Shown here one piece after another: positions 33,843-43,737 of a DNA stretch of 64,000 nt. The stretch is from an uncultured Aminicenantes bacterium (GTDB lineage: Bacteria; Acidobacteriota; Aminicenantia; UBA2199), in contig CBDAFS010000039.1 of assembly GCA_965195285.1 (NCBI GenBank), positions 32,001-96,000 of the forward strand, written 5' to 3'. Position 1 is the first letter of the stretch, and each line of letters opens with the position of its first letter. Position numbers and translations under genes: made by a program. The notes under the pieces are model-generated. The model saw nothing but the letters and a program-made list of their open reading frames with translations, ran no database searches and had not been told where the DNA came from.

Positions 33843-34754
33843 TTATACATTGAAGAATTCTTTTAAAATGGTTATCACATCCAGACCTGCTCTTTCCTGG
33901 CCCTCGACCGTTGATGCCCCCAGGTGAGGAGCTGGAAAGACCTTCTCATGATCAATCAGTTCAAACTGGTCCGGAGGTTCTTTTTCATAGACATCAAGGG
34001 CAACAGCTTTTAATTTATCTTCCTTCAATGTTCCCAACAAAGCCTTTTCATCCACCACACCGCCCCGGGCAACATTAATTAAAACGGCATTTTGCTTCAT
34101 TAAATCAAACTCCTTGGCGGATATCAGATTTTTGGTTGATTCATTCAGGGGCAGGTGTATGGAAATGAAATCCGATTTCATCAACAACTCTTCCAGCGAA
34201 ACCTGTTTGGCATTGATATCGGTTTGAATCTCCAGCATATCGCAAAACAGTACATTCATTCCCATGGCCAGTTCGCGTTTTGCAATTTCTTTTCCAATTC
34301 TTCCGAAACCAATAATGCCGGCCGTCTTTCCATAAACCTCCATACCTTTGGAAAAAAACTTCTTTTCCCATTTATGCTCTTTCATACTTTTATAAGCCGG
34401 CCCGACAAACCTGCATATTCCCAGCATCAGAGCCAATGTATATTCAGCAACCGTAATCGAAGTGGCAAAGGGGGTGTTCCGAACTTCAATTCCCTGTGAC
34501 TTGGCATATTCAACATCAACATTATCGAGACCGATACCGGCTCGAACTACTAATTTCAGATTCGATCCGTGTTCCAGTATTTCTTTCCTTAATTTGGTTG
34601 CACTCCTGATCACCACGGCATCGAATTTTCCGATCTCTCCCTTTAACACATCAGGTGCAAGGCCTGTATTTTCAATCACTTCAAATTCCGGAATTTCCTT
34701 TAATTGTTCTATGGCTTTGGGACTCAACTTGTCAGCCAATAATATTTTTATCAA
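33843..34754 (-). CDS. serA: D-3-phosphoglycerate dehydrogenase (short type)
   Basis: IRSATK, RAGIGLDNVD, GFGRIG, PHLGAST.EGQ; TTG start after GGAGG. Confidence 0.8.
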   Translation of the reverse strand: MIKILLADKLSPKAIEQLKEIPEFEVIENTGLAPDVLKGEIGKFDAVVIRSATKLRKEILEHGSNLKLVVRAGIGLDNVDVEYAKSQGIEVRNTPFATSITVAEYTLALMLGICRFVGPAYKSMKEHKWEKKFFSKGMEVYGKTAGIIGFGRIGKEIAKRELAMGMNVLFCDMLEIQTDINAKQVSLEELLMKSDFISIHLPLNESTKNLISAKEFDLMKQNAVLINVARGGVVDEKALLGTLKEDKLKAVALDVYEKEPPDQFELIDHEKVFPAPHLGASTVEGQERAGLDVITILKEFFNV

Positions 34755-35054
34755 TTTTTATCCTCCTGTCCATTTTTTTGAACCATTAGAAAATTTCTCT
34801 GTATAAAAGAATCATTCTGTAATGGGAAGTGATTTTTTTAACGGTATTGAGTCCAACATCAACCCCTTTAACCATCCAGCAGAGCTCAAATCGTCTGTTT
34901 TTCATTTTTATCAAATTAGCATCATTAGGTTATCAAAATTTTGACTTGCTGTCAAGATTTAAAGTTGACCGGGTATATCTTTTCCCTTTACCTGCACAAC
35001 TTCCTGCTGTATAATAAACTGGTGACAGCCGGATAAGTTCGGTGCCCGAACGAG

Positions 35055-35468
35055 GTGATAATCATGAAAAAAGAAGCCATTGAAAAGTATTTAAACCAAA
35101 TAAGAAAAAACGCCTCCTTTATTTCACCCGGGGTTCTGGAACCACTTCCATACAACAATGAAAAAGAAAACACATGGGTTGAGATAAAAAATCCGGAATT
35201 TACTTCCCTATGCCCCAAAAGCGGCTTGCCTGATTTTGGCTGTATTACCATTAAATACCTTCCGGACCGATATATTGTGGAATTGAAATCGTTAAAATAT
35301 TATTTTATTCAATTTAGAAATACCGGGATTTTCTATGAAAATCTGAATCAATTGATCCTCGATCACTTGGTGGAAGTGATCAAACCGATCGAAATGATCA
35401 TCCACTCAGAATTCACCCCCCGGGGTGGGATCAGTACCCGGATCACCTCTACCTATAAAAATAAATAG
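35055..35468 (+). CDS. queF: NADPH-dependent 7-cyano-7-deazaguanine reductase
   Basis: EFTSLCPKSGLPDF, ELKSLK, PRGGI; start probably ATG 35064. Confidence 0.94.
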   Translation: MIIMKKEAIEKYLNQIRKNASFISPGVLEPLPYNNEKENTWVEIKNPEFTSLCPKSGLPDFGCITIKYLPDRYIVELKSLKYYFIQFRNTGIFYENLNQLILDHLVEVIKPIEMIIHSEFTPRGGISTRITSTYKNK

Positions 35469-35563
35469 GCTTCAGCATTATATGAAAACAATGAACATCC
35501 CGTGATTGGTAAAAAAGTTAAACTGGTAATATTATTAAGTTATCATGTACAGGTAAGGCCAAG

Positions 35564-36544
35564 ATGAGAGCATTGATAACCGGAGCCACCGGATTTATCG
35601 GAAGTCATTTATCCGAATGGTTATTGAAAAAAGGCTTTGAAGTCCATTGTTTGATTAGAAAAACCAGTAACCTGCGCTGGATCAGACCGCTTCAGATCCG
35701 CCTGATTGAAGCTGACTTCAGTGACAGCCAGTCTCTTAATCGGGCTGTAGCGGGTATGGATTACATATTCCATCTGGGGGCTGTTATCAACTCAAATCAG
35801 TGGGAGACCCATTTCCGTGTTAATTTCATGAATACAAAATATTTGATAGAAGCCTGTCTGCGAAACAATCTCAATTTGAAAAAATTTGTTCTGGTCTCCA
35901 GTATTGCGGCCATGGGACCGGGTGAAAAAGATAAGTTTATGATTGAAACCGATCCCTGTAAGCCCCGATCTTTATACGGTAAAAGCAAGAGACTGGCTGA
36001 AAAAATCGTTTTAAAATATAAAGATACCATTCCCACGGCCATCATCAGACCTCCCAATGTGCTGGGCCCGAGGCAAAGAGAAATATACCTGGCCGCCAAA
36101 CTCATCAAAATGCGATTGGTACCCCGTATCGGAAATGAAGACAAACAGACCAGCCTGTGTTATGTGGGCGATCTGGTCGAAGCCATACGATTGGTTGCAG
36201 AAAGAGAGGAAGCCAATGGGCAGATATATCTGGTCACCGATTCCAACACCTATGCCTGGAAGGAAATAAGCGACCAGATAGCCAAAGAACTTGGAACCGG
36301 GAAGCTATTCCTGCGAACTCCTTACTCCATTCAATATATTATTGCCTTCATTTCCGAAGCCATCTCCACCATGACCCGTTCCACTCCCATTCTAACCATA
36401 CAAGATTTGAAATCATCCAGACATTTTTACTGGTTATATGATGACTCCAAAATAAGAAGGGAATTGGGTTTTATATCAAAAACCGATATGAAACAAGCAG
36501 TCCGGAAGACCATCCAGTGGTACCGGGACCAGAATATGATCTGA
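35564..36544 (+). CDS. NAD-dependent epimerase/dehydratase family
   Basis: TGATGFIG, YGKSK. Confidence 0.9.
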   Translation: MRALITGATGFIGSHLSEWLLKKGFEVHCLIRKTSNLRWIRPLQIRLIEADFSDSQSLNRAVAGMDYIFHLGAVINSNQWETHFRVNFMNTKYLIEACLRNNLNLKKFVLVSSIAAMGPGEKDKFMIETDPCKPRSLYGKSKRLAEKIVLKYKDTIPTAIIRPPNVLGPRQREIYLAAKLIKMRLVPRIGNEDKQTSLCYVGDLVEAIRLVAEREEANGQIYLVTDSNTYAWKEISDQIAKELGTGKLFLRTPYSIQYIIAFISEAISTMTRSTPILTIQDLKSSRHFYWLYDDSKIRRELGFISKTDMKQAVRKTIQWYRDQNMI

Positions 36545-36578
36545 TATTCTCAGTCCAGATTGACATCCTGGATTATTT

Positions 36579-38339
36579 GTGTTACTTAAATTTCTATTTA
36601 TTAATCAATTCGGTATCATGTCAAGAAAAACAATTATATTACACTTATTATTTTGCTTTATGCTAACCGCGATATGGTCACCCCCGATTCTGCCTGGAGC
36701 CAGTGAAAAAAGAATTTTTTTTTCCACAATCGATTTGAACCGGAATTTCAGTTTAAAATTGGGTGATGCCACGATACAGCCGGTTGCATTTTTTTCTGAA
36801 TCCCTAACCGGGAAAACAATCAAAAGAACACTCTCCAACACCTATTTTCTCGGATTACCGGAAGAGGGTGTGCAAAAAAATTCGAAAAGATTCACGCGCG
36901 CACTACTTTTTAACTGTGGACTTATATTAATTAGTTCAGTTCATTACTGGATAAAGTACAGTGAATGGATTGAGGATTGGCAGTATGAACTAACCTGGGA
37001 AGACCAAAAAATCCGGTTTTTTTCTATGGAAGCACATCGATTCGATTCAAATCCTTTTTTTACCAACTGGTCCCACGCCCTTTCGGGTGCCGCCTACTAT
37101 AATTTTGCCCGCTATCACCGGTTGAATAAACTGGAATCACTTCTATTTATATTCGGCTCATCTTTATGGTGGGAATATTTTACTGAATGGCGCGAAGTGA
37201 TATCAATTAACGATACGATCTACTCTGGGATCGGCGGGGGACTATCAGTGGGAGAACCGCTGTACTGGATCGGGAGCTATTTTACACAAAAAAAGGGTAT
37301 TGGGAATAAAATACTCGGTTTTATTTTCAATCCGGTTGTAGCCATAAATGATTTGCTGGACAACAAAAAACATATGAGTTATCTCGACCTTCAGCGGTTT
37401 GCCAGGCCTGAATTCAATTTATTCATTGGCACCCAAATGGTATCCACCAGCGAAGATGAAAACAGCACCTCAACTCAATTTCATACCGGTCTCGACATTC
37501 GATTTTATACAATCGAAGGATACAGGGAACCCGGAACCGTAAATAAATTTATTAAAGACACCCTTTTAAGTGAATTATTTGTTGATTTAATCTTTGGAGC
37601 CAATACGTTAGAAGAGCACAGCATCTTTGCTAAAGCAGTTATATTCGGACATTTTATCCAAAAAATAAAACAAGACTCATACAAAAATCTAAAAGGGTAC
37701 AGCTTTTTTGCAGGTGCGGGTTCTGCCTTTGATTATTTTAAAAAAAGGGCTGTTGTTTATTATGACCAATTTGAATATCACTTTGACTTTGCCGGAGGAG
37801 AAGAAGCTCCTCAGCCCACTGAGTTTACTGATAAACTGGCCATAATAAATTTAATCGGGCCGGTTTTCGAACTTTCCATTTACTCAGGCCAGTTCGAATT
37901 CAGATCATCTATCAGTGCTTATATTGATTTTGCTCTATTGAATTCACTGGCTCTAAATGAATATTCAATTGATAATGATCTTTACGAACCACAAATGAAA
38001 ACCACACTTTCACACTATGGATATTACTATGCATTCGGATTTACATTTTCATCTGATATGGATTTGAATTATAAAAATATCCAGTTAAAAGGAAAAATAA
38101 AATACCAATACTACGACTCTATTGAAGGCCTGGACAGGTTTCAAGATGATGTGGAAGATGATTGCAATATCAGGGATACCCGGTTTATGTATAAAATCAG
38201 TCTTGGTTATGCCCTATCAAAAAGTCCGGTAACAATCCAGCTTGCCTATGAACATATTGACCGGGAAGGAACACTCAAGGACATCACCCATACCTTCTCG
38301 GAAGATCGAATTTACGCCCAGCTGAAAATTTCATTATAA
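36579..38339 (+). CDS. DUF3943-like outer membrane protein
   Basis: Signal peptide, FDSNPF.TNW.H..G..YY..AR, WWEY..E....SIND; beta-strand-rich C-terminus. Confidence 0.7.
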   Translation: MLLKFLFINQFGIMSRKTIILHLLFCFMLTAIWSPPILPGASEKRIFFSTIDLNRNFSLKLGDATIQPVAFFSESLTGKTIKRTLSNTYFLGLPEEGVQKNSKRFTRALLFNCGLILISSVHYWIKYSEWIEDWQYELTWEDQKIRFFSMEAHRFDSNPFFTNWSHALSGAAYYNFARYHRLNKLESLLFIFGSSLWWEYFTEWREVISINDTIYSGIGGGLSVGEPLYWIGSYFTQKKGIGNKILGFIFNPVVAINDLLDNKKHMSYLDLQRFARPEFNLFIGTQMVSTSEDENSTSTQFHTGLDIRFYTIEGYREPGTVNKFIKDTLLSELFVDLIFGANTLEEHSIFAKAVIFGHFIQKIKQDSYKNLKGYSFFAGAGSAFDYFKKRAVVYYDQFEYHFDFAGGEEAPQPTEFTDKLAIINLIGPVFELSIYSGQFEFRSSISAYIDFALLNSLALNEYSIDNDLYEPQMKTTLSHYGYYYAFGFTFSSDMDLNYKNIQLKGKIKYQYYDSIEGLDRFQDDVEDDCNIRDTRFMYKISLGYALSKSPVTIQLAYEHIDREGTLKDITHTFSEDRIYAQLKISL

Positions 38340-38345
38340 ATCAAT

Positions 38346-39053
38346 CTACAATAACTTAAAAACATCCTCTTCCTTCAAGAGTTTTTCAGCACTTCCAGCA
38401 AAGGCAAATTTACCATTGCGCATCACATATCCCCTATCAACATACTGTAATGCCAGCCGGGCATTCTGTTCCACTATTAAAACTCCAATATCTTTTTTTA
38501 AAGCAACAAGTTTTTTAAATAGAATTTTCATATAATTGGGAGACAGGCCAGCAGTGGGTTCATCCAGGATGAGAAATTCCGGCTCTGTAATCAGAGACCG
38601 GGCCAATGAGAGTATCTGTCGTTCTCCCCCTGAAAGACTACCAGCAATACGTTTTAAAAGAGGTTCTAAAATTGGAAAAGTTCTGAGTACATTCTCAATC
38701 CTGGCAGCCAGTACTCCTCTATCTTCCATGGTATATCCACCCATTTCCAGGTTTTCGTGAACCGTCATCCCGGAAAATACCTTGCCTCCATCAGGTACAA
38801 AAGCGATTCCGGATCTAAATAACTCATAGGGTTTATTATGGATGATCGAAAGACTGTCTCTTTTAATGTCACCTTTTTTTATATACCCGTCATATGCATC
38901 TATTATGCCCACCAGGGATCTCAGCAAAGTGGTTTTTCCCGACCCGTTGGGCCCTAAAATAGCAACCATCTCACCTTTATTGATGATCATATTGATATCT
39001 TTAATGATATCAATATTGTTATAACCTGCAGTCAGACTTTTAACTTCTATCAC
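38346..39053 (-). CDS. livF: LIV-type ABC transporter ATP-binding subunit
   Basis: GPNGSGKT, LSGGERQ, DEPTAGL, VEQNA. Confidence 0.88.
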   Translation of the reverse strand: MIEVKSLTAGYNNIDIIKDINMIINKGEMVAILGPNGSGKTTLLRSLVGIIDAYDGYIKKGDIKRDSLSIIHNKPYELFRSGIAFVPDGGKVFSGMTVHENLEMGGYTMEDRGVLAARIENVLRTFPILEPLLKRIAGSLSGGERQILSLARSLITEPEFLILDEPTAGLSPNYMKILFKKLVALKKDIGVLIVEQNARLALQYVDRGYVMRNGKFAFAGSAEKLLKEEDVFKLL

Positions 39054-39850
39054 TCCTCTCCTCCAAAGTAGGCATCAATGACTTTCTTATCTTCCAGAAC
39101 AACATTTGGTTTGCCATCCGCAATAACTTCACCTTTATCCAGAACAATGACCCGTTGTGCCACTTCCCGGACTGTTTGCATGTCATGTTCGGCAAAAACA
39201 ATGGTTTTACCTGATTTTCTCCATTCCCTAAACAGAGCAATAATTCTCTTCCTGATTTCCGGGAACACACCAGCAGTGGGTTCATCAAATAAAAACAGTT
39301 CCGAATCAAGCGCCCGGGCTCTCATTAACTCCAGCAATCTTCTCTGGCCATGGGATAGATTACCGGCCATTTCATGGGCCATATCATCCAGTTCTGCATT
39401 TTTTAAATACATCCTGGATTCCTCTTCTATTCGTGTACAACTATATTTTATAAAAGGATTTAATCCATAAAAAAGACCTTCTCTTTTTCTCTCTTCCAAA
39501 GCAATTAACATATTATCCATCACAGAAATTCCGGGAAATATTCTTCCAATCTGAAATGTTCGTCCGATTCCCCTTGCTGAAATATTGTAAGGTGAAAGTT
39601 TGACTATGTTTTGTCCCTTGAAATCAATAGATTTTGTATCTCTATTAGCATCCAGATAACCCATGATAACATTGATCAGGGTTGTTTTTCCGCTGCCATT
39701 TGGTCCGATAAGTGCTGTGATGGATTGTTTTTCGATATTCAAATTGAGTTTGCTTAATGCTCTAACACCATCAAAACTTTTACTCAAATTCCGGATGGAT
39801 AAAATATGATTTTCCAGATGATTTCCGTTTTTCGCACTCATTTTTATCAT
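39050..39850 (-). CDS. livG: LIV-type ABC transporter ATP-binding subunit
   Basis: GIGRTFQ, LSHGQ, EHDM, VIDAYFG. Confidence 0.88.
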   Translation of the reverse strand: MIKMSAKNGNHLENHILSIRNLSKSFDGVRALSKLNLNIEKQSITALIGPNGSGKTTLINVIMGYLDANRDTKSIDFKGQNIVKLSPYNISARGIGRTFQIGRIFPGISVMDNMLIALEERKREGLFYGLNPFIKYSCTRIEEESRMYLKNAELDDMAHEMAGNLSHGQRRLLELMRARALDSELFLFDEPTAGVFPEIRKRIIALFREWRKSGKTIVFAEHDMQTVREVAQRVIVLDKGEVIADGKPNVVLEDKKVIDAYFGGEE

Positions 39851-39860
39851 TTTATAAGAG

Positions 39861-40730
39861 CTATTTCCACTTTACTTTTCCCAATATTCCCTGGGGCCGG
39901 AATATCATCAATATCACCAGGATTAATCCATATAACATCTGTCTGAGTTGTGCGGCAATGGATGAAGGCAATCCCAAAAATCTAAGAGCTTCCGGTATGG
40001 CTATTAAGAGAAAAGCACCCAGAATGGCGCCTCGAAGGGTTCCCATACCCCCAAAAATGACCATCAGCAGAATGGTAATGGATTCCATCACCGTAAAGCT
40101 CGAGGGATCAATAAAAGTGATATAATGGGCATATAATGCACCGGCAATTCCGGCAAAAAATGCGCCGGTCATAAACACCTTCAATTTAAAAAGAGGGGTG
40201 TTTTTTTTCAAAGCCCGGGCAGCTCGCTCATCTTCTCGGATGGCTTTCAAAACCCTTCCAAAAGGTCTTTTTACCAATAATATCAATAGGAAATAAGTAA
40301 TAAAAGCAATCAATGCTACAAAAATCAAATATTGCCAGACCTCACTGAATTCAAATCCAAAAACAGATAAAGCTGGAATACCGGGCAGACCCATGGGACC
40401 CCGGGTAAGAGATACCCAGTTTTTAGCCACCACATAAGCAATGATGCCAAAGCCAAAGGTTGCCAGAGCCAGGTAATCTCCCTTCATTTTTATGGCCGGA
40501 TAAGACACAATGGCTCCGGCAATGGAAGCCAAAATTCCACCTATAAGCATTCCCAGAAGAGGGGGAAATCCCAAATTTAAAGCCAGTAAGGTTGATGTAT
40601 AAGCTCCAACTAATGAAAAAGCAGCATGGCCAAGAGATGGGATACCGGTATAGCCGACTATGATATCAAGACTCATGGCCAGTATGGCATAAATCCCGAA
40701 TATCACTAATATATGTAAAAAATATTCCAC
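39861..40730 (-). CDS. livM: LIV-type ABC transporter permease
   Basis: GYTG..SLGHAAF, GDYLALAT, AIREDE.AA. Confidence 0.88.
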   Translation of the reverse strand: MEYFLHILVIFGIYAILAMSLDIIVGYTGIPSLGHAAFSLVGAYTSTLLALNLGFPPLLGMLIGGILASIAGAIVSYPAIKMKGDYLALATFGFGIIAYVVAKNWVSLTRGPMGLPGIPALSVFGFEFSEVWQYLIFVALIAFITYFLLILLVKRPFGRVLKAIREDERAARALKKNTPLFKLKVFMTGAFFAGIAGALYAHYITFIDPSSFTVMESITILLMVIFGGMGTLRGAILGAFLLIAIPEALRFLGLPSSIAAQLRQMLYGLILVILMIFRPQGILGKVKWK

Positions 40731-40732
40731 GT

Positions 40733-41635
40733 TCAGCGCTCCTTTTTACCTAAAATTCCCTGGGGCCTGAACAACAGGAATATTAAAAATATTCCAAATA
40801 CAATGGCATCCTTCCATCCGGCAGGCATGAACCAAACAGCCAGGTTCTCGGTAAATCCCAGGAAAAGACTTCCAACCAGGGCTCCCCAGATGCTGCCAAT
40901 TCCTCCAATTATAACGGCAATGATTCCTTTTAACAGAATGTTAAATCCCATGGTGGGTTCCAGATTGGTTTCCAGGGATATCAGCACACCGGAAAGCCCG
41001 GCAATAGCCGAACCCAGTATGAATGCAAACAGTATGATTTTTTCCGGGTTTATTCCCACGATACTGGCTGTTATTGGATCATTAGACACCGCCCTCATGG
41101 CTTTTCCAATCTTGGTGTATCCGGTAATGAATAGAACAAAAATAAATACAACCATTGCTGAACCAATGATGAGAATCTGTATGGGTGTAATTATTCCACC
41201 CAGAAAATGTAGCCCTTCTTTAACCGGTCCGGTTCTCAAGGTTAAAATTTGATTGCCATAAATCATGGCAATCAGATTCTGGATAAAAATGAATATCCCA
41301 AAAGAGGCCAGAAGTAAAATTAAATTGGATGCCTTCCGTTTCCTTAAAGGCTTATAAACCATTCTGTCAATCAAAATCCCTGCAATCGCAGCTACAACCA
41401 TAGCTAACAAAGCAGCGAATATATATAAAAATATTGGAGATGCTTCAGAACTTCCCCTCCTGGACTCCCCTACCCACCAACTCATCAATGAAAAAGCAGT
41501 ATACGCCCCAACCGTATAAACCGCACCATGAGCCAGATGAAAAAACCTTATAGTGGAATATATTATCGAAAAGCTTGCTGCAACCAACAAATAATTTCCG
41601 ACTAAAATTAATGTATTAAAAAGTATCTGACTCAT
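40733..41635 (-). CDS. livH: LIV-type ABC transporter permease
   Basis: FHLAHG, GKAMRA, IIGGIGS, RPQGI. Confidence 0.88.
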   Translation of the reverse strand: MSQILFNTLILVGNYLLVAASFSIIYSTIRFFHLAHGAVYTVGAYTAFSLMSWWVGESRRGSSEASPIFLYIFAALLAMVVAAIAGILIDRMVYKPLRKRKASNLILLLASFGIFIFIQNLIAMIYGNQILTLRTGPVKEGLHFLGGIITPIQILIIGSAMVVFIFVLFITGYTKIGKAMRAVSNDPITASIVGINPEKIILFAFILGSAIAGLSGVLISLETNLEPTMGFNILLKGIIAVIIGGIGSIWGALVGSLFLGFTENLAVWFMPAGWKDAIVFGIFLIFLLFRPQGILGKKER

Positions 41636-41714
41636 TTATGTTAACCAAACTTTTTATTTTAATTTTTTTCAATATGATTTGCAAAATAAATTTACTTTTT
41701 TTATATGCACTCTT

Positions 41715-42719
41715 TTACCATAAATCACCTATAACATTAGCAAAAGCAATCATTCCATTTTTTGCGGATGATGTCTTTAAAGAATTAAGACTCTCAATAG
41801 CTTCACTAGTATTAACTTTAATAATTCTTTTACATTGATCAATCGAACCGGAATCTTTGATTATCTCAAAACATTTTTTCAGACTTTTTTCATTATTTTT
41901 TTTACGTTTAAAAGTCTTTAATAAAAAATTTCTATCTTTTTCATTGGCAAGTTGTAAAGCCATTATAAATGGTAATCTCATTTTTTTCTGTTTTATATCT
42001 CCTCCTAATTGTTTTCCAATGAGTCTTACATTTCCAATAATTTCAAGAACATCATCTTTGATTTGGAAAGCAACTCCCAAAAATTTACCATAAGTAGAGA
42101 TTGAATTAATTTCCTTAATATTTCCTCCCCCAAGAATTGCTCCAATTTTCAAACTGCATATGATCAATGAAGCTGTGGTTTTTGAAATCATTTCCATATA
42201 TTGCTTTTCAGTGATGTTCTGATTGTATTCAAAATCTAAATCAAGAAACTGACCTATATATAATTCTTTATATGTTTCTTTTAATGTTTCTTCTGATTTT
42301 AATATCCTATTAACAGGAATCTTATCATTTGAATACAATTCAGACATTGCAGCATGTGCAACGCTATTTAGGATTTCACCTATTATTACTGCTTTTTTTG
42401 CACCATGAGCAGAATAAACTGATATAACTCCTCCTCTCAAGGATGATTCATCTAGAAAATCATCAATAATTAAAGTAGAAAAATGAAAAAGTTCAACAGC
42501 AATTGCTGCTGGTAGAATTATGTTATATTCACCTCCAACAGATTCACAGGCTAATTTCATCAAGAAGGGTCTTTCTCTATGTCCTTTAGGCTTTAATGCA
42601 AATTCAATTATCTTTTTTATTTTAATTTTTTGAATATTTAAAAACTTGAAAATTTCATCATCAATTATTTTACTATTCTCTTTAAATATTCTATTGATAG
42701 ATTGGTGTAAATTTATCAT
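41715..42719 (-). CDS. Trans-isoprenyl diphosphate synthase-fold protein with altered IPP site
   Basis: DDFLD (FARM), GQFLDL, KTT, FQIKDDVLE, GGDI. Confidence 0.85.
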   Translation of the reverse strand: MINLHQSINRIFKENSKIIDDEIFKFLNIQKIKIKKIIEFALKPKGHRERPFLMKLACESVGGEYNIILPAAIAVELFHFSTLIIDDFLDESSLRGGVISVYSAHGAKKAVIIGEILNSVAHAAMSELYSNDKIPVNRILKSEETLKETYKELYIGQFLDLDFEYNQNITEKQYMEMISKTTASLIICSLKIGAILGGGNIKEINSISTYGKFLGVAFQIKDDVLEIIGNVRLIGKQLGGDIKQKKMRLPFIMALQLANEKDRNFLLKTFKRKKNNEKSLKKCFEIIKDSGSIDQCKRIIKVNTSEAIESLNSLKTSSAKNGMIAFANVIGDLW

Positions 42720-42739
42720 AATGAAGAATATAATCTAAA

Positions 42740-42898
42740 TCAATCAACTTCATATTTAATTTCAGATTCTGGCCTTTTTTTAGAGTTCTTAATTTTAAAT
42801 AAAAACCTTTTTTTCATTAGATCAAAAAGCTTTTTTGTTTTCAAATGTTTTTTTAAGATACGCTTAGTTGGCTTTTCTCCGAGAACCAATTGTGCCAT
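42740..42898 (-). CDS. 52-aa Lys-rich peptide (below ORF-track cutoff)
   Basis: GGAGG SD 7 nt before ATG; fills the gap between two co-oriented genes; MAQLVLGEKPTKRILKKHLKTKKLFDLMKKRFLFKIKNSKKRPESEIKYEVD. Confidence 0.65.
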   Translation of the reverse strand: MAQLVLGEKPTKRILKKHLKTKKLFDLMKKRFLFKIKNSKKRPESEIKYEVD

Positions 42899-42925
42899 TC
42901 AAATTCCTCCATATCCATATTAATA

Positions 42926-43720
42926 CTAATATTGAATATACTGCAATTTCTCAAATGTTTCAATTTGAGTTGAATAACTCCCTGCTTTCGTTTTTCCTGC
43001 AGTAATCACTAATTTTACTTTATTCTTTAATTCAAAATCCTTCTTAAGATCAATTGTTGAAATTGCTAATATATCATCTGCTAAAGCAAAATCTCTAATT
43101 TCAATATTATTATTGAGTACATCTTTTCTATTACAAACTTTTAAAGTTATATTAGCTTCTTTGGAATTTTGCCCGAGCAGACTTTTCTCTAACTTTTTGT
43201 ATGTAATTGTCTCATTAGTAGGTATTATATATCGTGTTTTTTTGATATCTTTTACTTTTAAGAGATTATTATATTCTTTTAGATGTTCGTTATATTTATA
43301 CCAATCACTTAGATGAATTGTATAGGTGGTTTCCCATTTTTTTTCTGCGAAATATAATCCACTAATCAAAAATTTTATATACTCCTCACATGTTACATTA
43401 AAAGGAATTTCAATTTCATTTCCTTTTAAAGCTGAATTCAGTATTGTGAATATTATAATTTTTGACTTTGTTAATGCACTTATATTACATTCTTTTAATA
43501 CTTTGAGTAGATTGGGGCAGATATTTTTATATTCCAAAATAAATGAAGTAGTGAAGTAAGAAACAATAGCTATACTTATGAGGCCAAGATAATAATATAA
43601 AAGTTTTGAGATAGAGCTATCATCAGGTGTGTTTATAATTACATCAAAAATAAATGTTATAAGTAATGAAAAAAATATCGAAAATAGAATATTTGAAGTA
43701 TTTTTTAATTTATCTTTCAT
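42926..43720 (-). CDS. Hypothetical protein: two N-terminal TM helices plus soluble domain (possibly PLD-like fold)
   Basis: Two hydrophobic helices; RYII and DFALADD segments. Confidence 0.7.
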   Translation of the reverse strand: MKDKLKNTSNILFSIFFSLLITFIFDVIINTPDDSSISKLLYYYLGLISIAIVSYFTTSFILEYKNICPNLLKVLKECNISALTKSKIIIFTILNSALKGNEIEIPFNVTCEEYIKFLISGLYFAEKKWETTYTIHLSDWYKYNEHLKEYNNLLKVKDIKKTRYIIPTNETITYKKLEKSLLGQNSKEANITLKVCNRKDVLNNNIEIRDFALADDILAISTIDLKKDFELKNKVKLVITAGKTKAGSYSTQIETFEKLQYIQY

Positions 43721-43737
43721 AATTATTATTGGTTATA

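Noticed and set aside
35010-35063. Possible preQ1 riboswitch upstream of queF (hairpin GTTCGG-TGC-CCGAAC next to the SD)
   Set aside because: No preQ1-I stem-loop consensus or A-rich tail; only a short hairpin
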